Shown here: positions 19,204-27,087 of the stretch, piece by piece
Layout of the letters: each line of letters begins with the position of its first letter
How positions within the stretch are numbered: the stretch's first letter is position 1
Source of the DNA: Vitrella brassicaformis CCMP3155
Taxonomy: Eukaryota; Protista; Chromerida
Assembly: GCA_001179505.1 (NCBI GenBank)
Contig: CDMY01000724.1
Location: 1 to 27,087 of the forward strand
Reading direction: 5' to 3'
DNA length: 27,087 bases
The notes under the pieces: model-generated
What the model saw: only the letters and a program-made list of their open reading frames with translations
Told to the model about the DNA's origin: nothing
Databases searched by the model: none
Made by a program: the position numbers and the translations under genes

Positions 19204-21372
19204 TTATGAGCGCCTCTCGCTGACTGGCGCGCCCGTCCTCGCCGCATGCCGCATGCGCGGCTCGCTCACCACACGGGATATCTCCTCCTCCACAGCAGTG
19301 TCTAGCTCACCCCTCTCGCCCTTGCCCTCCCCGCTTCCTCCTTGCGTCATGGCAAAATCGGTCACGTCTACGCCCGCCAGCCGTGCCAGGGCGTGTATCT
19401 CCATCATGAAGAAGTGCGTCCATCGGTCAGGGTCGGGCAGCACCGCCTGGTCCGCCACGATGTTGACGCGGAGGCCGCCGGCCATCGACACCATGGCGAT
19501 GGCGATGCCGCAGCCGCCACGCACCGGCGCGAAGCATAGGCAGCTGCTGCCCTTGCGGCCGGCCAGGGACCCCAGGTTGGAGGGGCCCGGCACGTTGGTG
19601 AACATCACGGCGGACTTGCTGGCCAACATGTCACCCAAATACTGCAACAGGATAGCAAGTGTTTGGGTGGCCGGCCGCAATGTGCGACATGGCCGCCTGT
19701 GTTTGTGTGGTGGTTGGTGGCAGTGTTATGCTACGTACGTGTGACAGAGTCGGCGGGACGATGTCGGCGAGCACCTTGAGGCTCTGAGCCATCACCAGCA
19801 TGTCCTTCTGACTCTTCAGACGCTGAACGGCCGTGTGCACCGACTGCATGCAACACCCACACCCACAAACAATTCACACAGCCATCCGCCCGCCCTCTCG
19901 GTGCAGTGCCTGTGTGGCATGACTTACCCTGAGCCTCTGAACTAGCGTATCGTTAGGCGATGCGGGCACCCTCACAGGCACTGGCACCAACTCGTTGCCC
20001 AACTCCTGCACCTCATCGGTCCGCAAACTCACCGGCACGAACACGGGCAGTGTCATGGAGTGGTCCACTATCGGGCTGCCGTCCTGCGAGTGCGACACGG
20101 CATACCGCCGGTACGCCCCCACCAGCGCGCACGTCAGGACGTCGTTGAGCGTCACGCGCGTGCCGACAAGTGCCGTGAGCTTGGACCGCAGGGGGCGGAA
20201 TGCGTCGAGAGGCAGCTCGAGTGGCGTGCCGACCACCTTCTTGCCCGTCACCTGCTCCATGGGCCGTCTCGGGTCCTGCCAGCTGCGCGGCGCCCTCTCC
20301 ATAAGCACGCCCAGGGCGATGCCCGGCGCTCGGAAGAAGCCCACAAAGGTCGATAGGCTCAGCTGGGATCTGGTGAAGGCCGGCTTGAGGGCCGCTCCGT
20401 GGTAGGCAGCCTCAGGGTCGTCCCGCCGGCTGTCGAGTAGGTTTTCCATGATGCGGTAAATGATGCCGAGCCCGTCAGACATGCAGTGCTGGAGCCGCAA
20501 GATGACGTGCGAGCGCGGTTTTCCCTCTGGTCCGTCCCCGGCCTTGTCTTGTGCCAAGAGGAGGCACCAGAGGGGCTTGTCGCGCGCCATGGGCTGGCTG
20601 CACATGCGGGACACCATGCCGTCGAAGGAGTGCTCCCGCGAGTCGTACTCCAGCTCCTGGATGTGCTGCGAGATGTCGAAGTGAGGGTCCGGCACCCACC
20701 GCAGCCGCCCGCACGCCCTCCTCGGGATGGCCGTGAGCCGCGGCTCCACAGACAGCAACCGGTCGGCCATGCACTGCCGAACGGTCTCCACGTCGATGGG
20801 CTCACATGTGTAGACGACCGTTATCACACTGAACCATCACACATCAAAGCCAGAAGGGACGTGGCACACACCGCCCTTCCTTCTGTGTGTCAGTCGGTGT
20901 CGTACCCGTGGTTGGCTTCGGTCTCCTGCAGAAAGATGATATCGAGCGGCTGCAGTGGTGGAGGTGTCTTGTCCATCCCCCACACGCACCACGCCACCAC
21001 CTCGCACACGGCACGATACAGCCATGTCAACAGCGCGTAGGGGATCAGCACGGGATAGATGAAGAAAAGCGCCAAGAGGAAGGCAAACGCGTCAAACAGT
21101 GAGGACAGCACCAACGCGATCGTCGGCCGGGTGGATGTTGTCGATGCGACAGGAGCAGGAGGGCTTGTGAGGATGCCGTCTTGATGGAGGGTCTTGGCAC
21201 GTATCCAGTCCTTGCCTGAGATGGCAGGCCGAGGGGGACCAGGGGCTGGTTGCGCAGATCTGGATGGCGCAGCACAAGGCGCAGCAGCAGTCTCGGGCGG
21301 AACGGATTGGCCGCGGTCCGGAGAGTCCTCCCGCTTGCTGTCAGAAAGGCGCCGCCATCCGAGATCCGCCAT
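19204..21372 (-). CDS. Wax ester synthase/diacylglycerol acyltransferase (WS/DGAT family) with an N-terminal hydrophobic segment, 4 exons
   Basis: LRWVPDPHFDISQHI; MARDKPLWCLLL; active-site LQHCMSDGLG (HHxxxDG variant); VTLNDVLTCALVGAYRRY; VPVSLR...LGN; C-terminal VMFTNVPGP...CFAP...IAMVSMAG. Splice junctions are phase-consistent. Confidence 0.92.
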
Positions 21373-21559
21373 ACTGTTCCACCCACCGGGTATTCCGTGA
21401 AACAGCTTGCGAGCTAGGGAACCCTAAAAGGAACAGGCGTAGCGGCTCGCGTGCCTTTTCCTGCCTGAGGGCTCTCGTGCGGACTTTCCTCGGCCTCACA
21501 GCCTACTTGCCCAGCTCCTGTCCCAGCCTACCTTCTTTGCTTGCGGAGAAGGAGCCAAG
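21373..21559. promoter_or_regulatory. Putative compact bidirectional promoter between WS/DGAT and START genes
   Basis: 187 bp between divergent ATGs; contains TAGGGAACCCTAA (21415-21427), an inverted pair of telomere-like motifs. Confidence 0.5.
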
Positions 21560-23099
21560 ATGCCCGCCTCCAGCGTTTTCATTTCTCCGGTGGGAAAGGA
21601 GAGGAAAGATCTGCTTGTTGACGAGCGCTCGCTGATCTCTCGTGTGTGTTGTTCTCTCTGTGTGTGTGTCTTCAGTTTCTGAAGCCCCTTTCTCCCAGAG
21701 GTGAGGATCTCACTATCCACAGCGATTCAACCACACACGGGATGACTCGTACTTCTGATCTGTTCATTCAGACACCCCGGAGGTGCATTTCGAGGATAGC
21801 CCGATGTGCCTGCCCTTGGGCAACAGCAGCAAGAGGGTCTCTTGCGACACCATCAGCACGTCCCAGTTCTTCACCCCCCGCGAGTCCCCCCTCACCTCCC
21901 CCCGCAGACTCGCATCCACCACAGACTCGGCTGACGACGCCGATGTGCCCACCCAGCCCACTGGAGCACCCACCAGTGGCGCCATTGTCGTGGCGCCCAA
22001 GCAGCCGCTCCTCAGCTTCACCGACAGGCCTGACCTCCTGCCCACTGAGGCAGTGCTGAGGCGGATCAGGGACGCACTCGCAGCAAAGGTGAGGACATGA
22101 AGGAGGGATGGGGAGGGAGGGAACGGGGCCATGCTCATGTGTGTGGTGTATGTTGTAATCCCCTGACAGAAAGAGGCGGCTGTTGCTGAGTTCCTGCAGT
22201 ATGCCAAGGGCATGAACGGCTGGATCGACTGCGGCACGATCAAGGGCGCCCGCGTGCAGCGTCGGGAGTTCCACGACGGCCTGCCGCCCATGATCCGCGG
22301 CACCGTCAACTTCGGCAGCAAGTTCACGCCCTGGGACTTCCTGGACTTCCTGCGCGACTGGGACGCCAAGAAGGCCACCGACGACCAGTTCGGCCAAGGT
22401 GCGTGTGGGGTGGGTGATGGGAGGGGAGGGGAGGGAATGGGGAAGCTGATCAGTGTGTTATGTTGTGTTGATCAGGTGCGTGTCTGTGTGAGTTCGACTA
22501 CTACACGGCGGTGGCGTGGATGATGTTCAAGGGCATGATGATGTACGAGCCAAGGGACTTCATCCAGGCACTCTACACACACGTGGTACGGTACGACAGG
22601 CAGCGGACCTCACACGCAGCCAGCCACAGCCACAGACGGAACAACACACTGTCCATCCATCCATTGGTGTGGGCGTGTGTGTGTGTGTCATCAATCAGGT
22701 TGCGCCCGGCACTGTGGCTCAGGTGGCTGTGTCGACGGATGACTACCCCGAGCCCAGTGGTCTGCCCAAGAGGAAGGCAGTGCGCGCCAAGATGATCTTG
22801 GCCGGATTCCTCTGCGAGTCCCTCCCCGACGGCACCATGGACGTCACCCTCCTCGCTCAGGTGATATATCAACTAACAACAACCACACACACCACACACC
22901 ACACACACGGCGGGCGTGTTGATGGTATGGTGTGATTGATGTGCAGGTTGAGTTGAAGGTGAAGGTGCCGAATGCGGTCATCTCGCGGATGCCCTTCTTC
23001 CTCGAGCAGCCCGCCGGCCTCGTCAAGGCCCGCAAGTACATGGAGAAGAACGGCGTCAAGCGCAAGACCAACAGGCCCACCGACTACAGCGGCAAGTGA
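21560..23099 (+). CDS. START (StAR-related lipid-transfer) domain protein, 7 exons
   Basis: MPASSVFISP|FLKPLSPR|DTPEV...|KEAAVAEFL..GWIDCGTIKGARV...IRGTV...DWDAKKATDDQF|...MFKGMMMYEPRDFI|...AVRAKMILAGFLCESLPDGTMDVTLLAQ|VELKVKVPNAVIS...*. The W...PRDF...VRA...GF..... V.Q.DL-type START signature is present and all junctions are in phase. Confidence 0.85.
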
Positions 23100-24068
23100 A
23101 GCAAGATCATCGAGCCGTGCAGTAGACCGTCCCTAGGTAGATCATAGGTATAAGGACAGCTGTGTGTAGTGGGCAGCCGGGTGGGCGGGGATGGCTGGCT
23201 GGCTAGCTGATCGGTCGATCGCAGTGCGAGAGCTGGGGTGTTGGTGTCTTGTCTGCTTTTTTGCGGTAGCTCGGCAGTGATGGCTAGACAGACCAGACAG
23301 ACAGATGGTTATCGTAGACGATATCCACCGCACCGCACCGCACCGCACCCTCTCTGCCTTATCTCCATTCCGTGCCGTGTGTGTATGGTTATGCGTGCCT
23401 ATGTGTCTGTCCGTCCGTCTGCTGCCACTTATAGGGTGCATTCATTGCACGTAGAGAAACCAAGGAATGCATGCCGGTAGGTAGGAAAGTGTCTTTTGTC
23501 CTGTCTGTCGTGTCCATCCCATCTACGTGTCGGTGTCCGTGTGTGTGCGTCGTGCGTGTCTGTCGTGCCGTGCAGCTTAGCTTGCCTTGCCTACATCCAT
23601 ACATCCACACGTATACACCATATTAGCCCCGAGGCTTTTTTCCCGCTGCTCTATTACTTACTGTCTGTCTGTGCTGTGTCGATAAATGTGATGGCATCCA
23701 ACAGATATACACTCACTGCCGATGATCGAATCTCTGCTGACTGCAGTCTGTACAGGCAAGGCAATGGAATCCATGGATTGCGCTGAGGGGGGCCGACACG
23801 ACGCCCCGCCCCCTGCTGAGAATGCACTCGCTGATCGACCCATATGCTGGGGGTGGGCTGGGGCTTTTCGCTGTTTTTTCTCTTGCTCTCTCTGTCTTGG
23901 TTGATGATGTGCGTCGATGGCCGTTGTACAGTGCGTTTCTTGCCTTGCCTTGATGATGTGCGTGCAAGAGTGATCCCCCGACGGATATTGTTTTTCAGGC
24001 CGTCGGGCAGGCCTGCACGTCGTGACTGATGCGGTGCGATGCGATGCATGTGGTGTGGTGTGACCAGT

Positions 24069-24509
24069 CTGTGCGTGTGTGGACCACGTGGTTTTGCGTG
24101 CATGCCATGGTCTTGGATCGATCAATGCCATAGTGTCCGTGCAGTGCATGTGCATGGCCATCCATGCCGTCCGTGTGGACGACCGAGCGCGCGATGGCGC
24201 ACCCCAGTAGGTAGGTAGGTACACAACCGGCAGGCAGGCAGGCAGGCAGGCAGAGAGGGGAGGTACAGTGTGCTGGCAGCTAGAAGCTGTTCATGGGTCA
24301 CCCACCGGTGAGGGGCAAGTGTTATTTGTTCACTCTAGGCAATGCTTGGATGGATGGACAATGACTTGACAGACAGGACAACGAACGGTTGGTTGATTTG
24401 ACTTTGCGTGGTTGCGTGTCGTGTCATGCCGTGTGTGTGTGTTCCAGTGTGTGTTGCATGGATGGATGGCATTTGTGAGTGAATCATGCGCTATCGCTCT
24501 TCACCCCTT
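24069..24509 (+). repeat. Copy 1 of an about 440-bp near-identical direct repeat
   Basis: Matches 25765-26210, with only a few substitutions and different GCAG/GGAT microsatellite copy numbers. Confidence 0.95.
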
Positions 24510-24689
24510 TGCATTAGGCAGGCAGGCAGGCAGGCATGAACACACACACACACACACACGCACACACGCACACACACACGGGCAGAAAGGGAGAGAGAGA
24601 GAGAGGGGCACATGCGCAGTGCACGCCCCCTCCCTCCCTCCCCCCTCTCTCCACACACAGCCCACCCCTGCGCACATCCGTGTGTGGGA

Positions 24690-25195
24690 AGGTGCCTGCC
24701 TGTCTGCTGCGCACTCCTGCACACGCGCATTCACGAAATTCGCAAACCCTACGCATAATTAGGGTTTAGGGTGAGGGGTTTTAAACCCTGCGAGCTTAGA
24801 AGTGCTGCGGGAAAGGCACGCGCACAAACGAACCGGGGCAGATCTCCGCAGAGAGGCTCACAGGAAGGCCATACATGCAGTCAGGAGCAGCCAGAAGGAC
24901 AAACAAGCTGACATCTCTCTCTGTGTCTTTGTCTGTCTGTGTGTGCAGGTCGAGATGGCGTGTTGTGCCAAGACCCCGAGGCTCGTTTGGCTGTCAGAGG
25001 ATTGCTCTCGATGAAGGCTTTGCTATGCGCCGACCAATTGGCCTCTGCGGAACTTCTCTCTGACCCCCTTCCTCTTAAGCCATTTTTGTCCATCTCTGCA
25101 GGCCCGTGGTTCGCTCTGTGGGTGCGGCCCGGCCCATCCATCACATGGATCCAGTGCACCCTCGAGTTGGTTACACACGTGCCAAGAGAGAGGGG
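24690..25195 (+). repeat. Second copy of the CSN3-leader module, with telomere-like motifs
   Basis: Collinear reverse-complement similarity to 8425-9050; AAACCCTA at 24744-24751 and TTAGGGTTTAGGGT at 24759-24772. Confidence 0.8.
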
Positions 25196-25464
25196 CAGGT
25201 CAGCAAAACTGACGACGCTACGCAAGCGCAACAAAATGTCACCATTTTGCCATTTCTGACCGTAGGATGACCATTGATGGGCCCCTGTAGGCTCACATAC
25301 GACTGATAGACAAGAACCAAGACCACTCCTGGTTAGTGCGGAAATATCTGGAACCAACCTTTTATGTACGACTTTTCTTCTCTGACCTACTTGGCCCAGT
25401 GGGTGGGCAGTCAATCTACCCCCCAGGTAGGTATACACCCTGCACACACACACACTCTCTCTCT

Positions 25465-25764
25465 NNNNNNNNNNNNNNNNNNNNNNNNNNNNNNNNNNNN
25501 NNNNNNNNNNNNNNNNNNNNNNNNNNNNNNNNNNNNNNNNNNNNNNNNNNNNNNNNNNNNNNNNNNNNNNNNNNNNNNNNNNNNNNNNNNNNNNNNNNNN
25601 NNNNNNNNNNNNNNNNNNNNNNNNNNNNNNNNNNNNNNNNNNNNNNNNNNNNNNNNNNNNNNNNNNNNNNNNNNNNNNNNNNNNNNNNNNNNNNNNNNNN
25701 NNNNNNNNNNNNNNNNNNNNNNNNNNNNNNNNNNNNNNNNNNNNNNNNNNNNNNNNNNNNNNNN
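25465..25764. other. Assembly gap (300 N)
   Basis: Run of N following a CA/CT microsatellite. Confidence 0.99.
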
Positions 25765-26210
25765 CTGTCCGTGTGTGGACCACGTGGTTTTGCGTGCATG
25801 CCATGGTCTTGGATCGATCAATGCCATAGTGTCCGTGCAGTGCATGTGCATGGCCATCCATGCCGTCCGTGTGTGCGACCGAGCGCGCGATGGCGCACCC
25901 CAGTAGGTAGGTAGGTACACAACCGGCAGGCAGGCAGGCAGAGAGGGGAGGTACAGTGTGCTGGCAGCTAGAAGCTGTTCATGGGTCACCCACCGGTGGG
26001 GGGCAAGTGTTATTTGTTCGCTCTAGGCAATGCTTGGATGGATGGACAATTGACTTGACAGACAGGACAACGAACGGTTGGTTGATTTGACTTTGCGTGG
26101 TTGCGTGTCGTGTCATGCCGTGTGTGTGTGTTCCAGTGTGTGTTGCATGGATGGATGGATGGATGGATGGCATTTGTGAGTGAACCATGCGCTATCGCTC
26201 TTCACCCCTT
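25765..26210 (+). repeat. Copy 2 of the about 440-bp direct repeat (left end hidden in the gap)
   Basis: Matches 24069-24509. Confidence 0.95.
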
Positions 26211-26484
26211 CACTTCAACGTCCGAGAATGTGTCTGCACCCCTTGTACGTACAACACGTTTCACACAACACGGAATGCAGAGATGACACTCATCCGTCCT
26301 TTTCCCCCCTCTCCCCCCTCTCCCCTTGATAAAACGCCACAACCCACCCACCACACGCACACGCAAACGTACTCCTCTCCTCTCCTGTCCGCTACCTGCC
26401 ACCTCCGACCCCTCCCTGACTCCCGCACCTATGCCCTTGTGGTGTGTGGTGTGTGGTGTGTGGTATGTGCATTTCTCATTTCAT

Positions 26485-27087
26485 TCATTTCTTGGTGGTG
26501 TCGGCCTGCTTCGCCGCCTCCCCGCCCTCCTTGCCTTCCTTCTTGCCTCCGATGCCGCCCGCCGTGCCCTGGATGGATGTGGTGGTGCTGTGGGGAGCCG
26601 TCGTCATGGTCGAGATGGACTCGGACTCCACACGGCTCCAGTCGATGCCCCGCTCTGGCTTCCAACCCGACTGCTCACGGAGGCGTTTCTTGAGCTGGTT
26701 CTGCCGTTTGATGTGCAGCAACTCAGTATCCTCACGGTCGTCATCTACCGGCGACTCGCCTGCACCACACATGCCATTGGGCGGGATGGACAGCGGAGAA
26801 TTATGCGGCAGTGATGCTCACGTCGGATGGTACCTGTGTCGGCGCATTGTGCGGCCTGCAGCTTGGCCTTCACCTCAATGAGGCGGGCGGCGTCTTCGGC
26901 ACGCTGCGAAGCACGCTCCGATGCCATCGCTAAAGGCTGTTGAGTTGGCGAGCTTTGTGTGCGTTGTTTTGTGTGACCGTTGCCCAACGCTCTGCGATGC
27001 TGCCTGGCTTTTCTTTGCTGTTCTTCCTCTCGTCCCTCGCTGCCTCTGCTTGCGCAGTTCTTTGCTGATGAGCCACTGATGAGAGAG
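26485..27087 (-). CDS. 3' end of a coiled-coil/low-complexity hypothetical protein (partial; continues beyond the window)
   Basis: ...AMASERASQRAEDAARLIEVKAKLQAAQCADT G|gtacc...gtgcag|ESPVDDDREDTELLHIKRQNQLKKRLREQSGW...TTKK*. One apparent 1-nt deletion at 26932-26934. Confidence 0.6.

Noticed and set aside
23900-24030. TGATGA boxes, a downstream CTGA and an 8-bp stem (box C/D snoRNA-like)
   Set aside because: No terminal stem or recognisable rRNA-complementary guide identified by eye; such short motifs occur by chance.
24744-24772. True telomere or chromosome end
   Set aside because: Only about two repeat units, internal, with complex sequence on both sides.
26925-26940. Programmed ribosomal frameshift at CTT TAG
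   Set aside because: No heptameric slippery site or obvious stimulator; a homopolymer deletion error explains it and matches other sites.

Overview
A eukaryotic, intron-rich, GC-rich scaffold with two 300-N gaps. Short introns full of CA/GT, GACA/TGTC and GGAT microsatellites, plus an expanded-type MORN protein, resemble the chromerid alveolate Vitrella (inference, not tested). The ORF track is largely misleading because most genes are spliced. Manual exon joining gives, in order: a coiled-coil + H-Y-E ADP-ribosyltransferase-like protein (+), a MORN-repeat protein (+), COP9 signalosome subunit 3 (-), a HOTHEAD/mandelonitrile-lyase-like GMC oxidoreductase (-), a weak gene across gap 1 (+), two hypothetical spliced units (-), a DUF676-like alpha/beta-hydrolase (+), a WS/DGAT acyltransferase (-), a START lipid-transfer protein (+), and the 3' end of a coiled-coil gene (-). 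Most notable observations: (1) many introns have an AC-rich 5' arm and a complementary GT-rich 3' arm that could fold to bring the splice sites together; (2) a possible lipid/wax-ester gene neighbourhood; (3) dispersed duplicated promoter/leader modules carrying telomere-like ACCCTA/TAGGGT motifs; (4) two GC-AG introns in CSN3; (5) repeated single-base frameshifts that look like assembly errors. No rRNA, tRNA, CRISPR array or autonomous transposon is supported.
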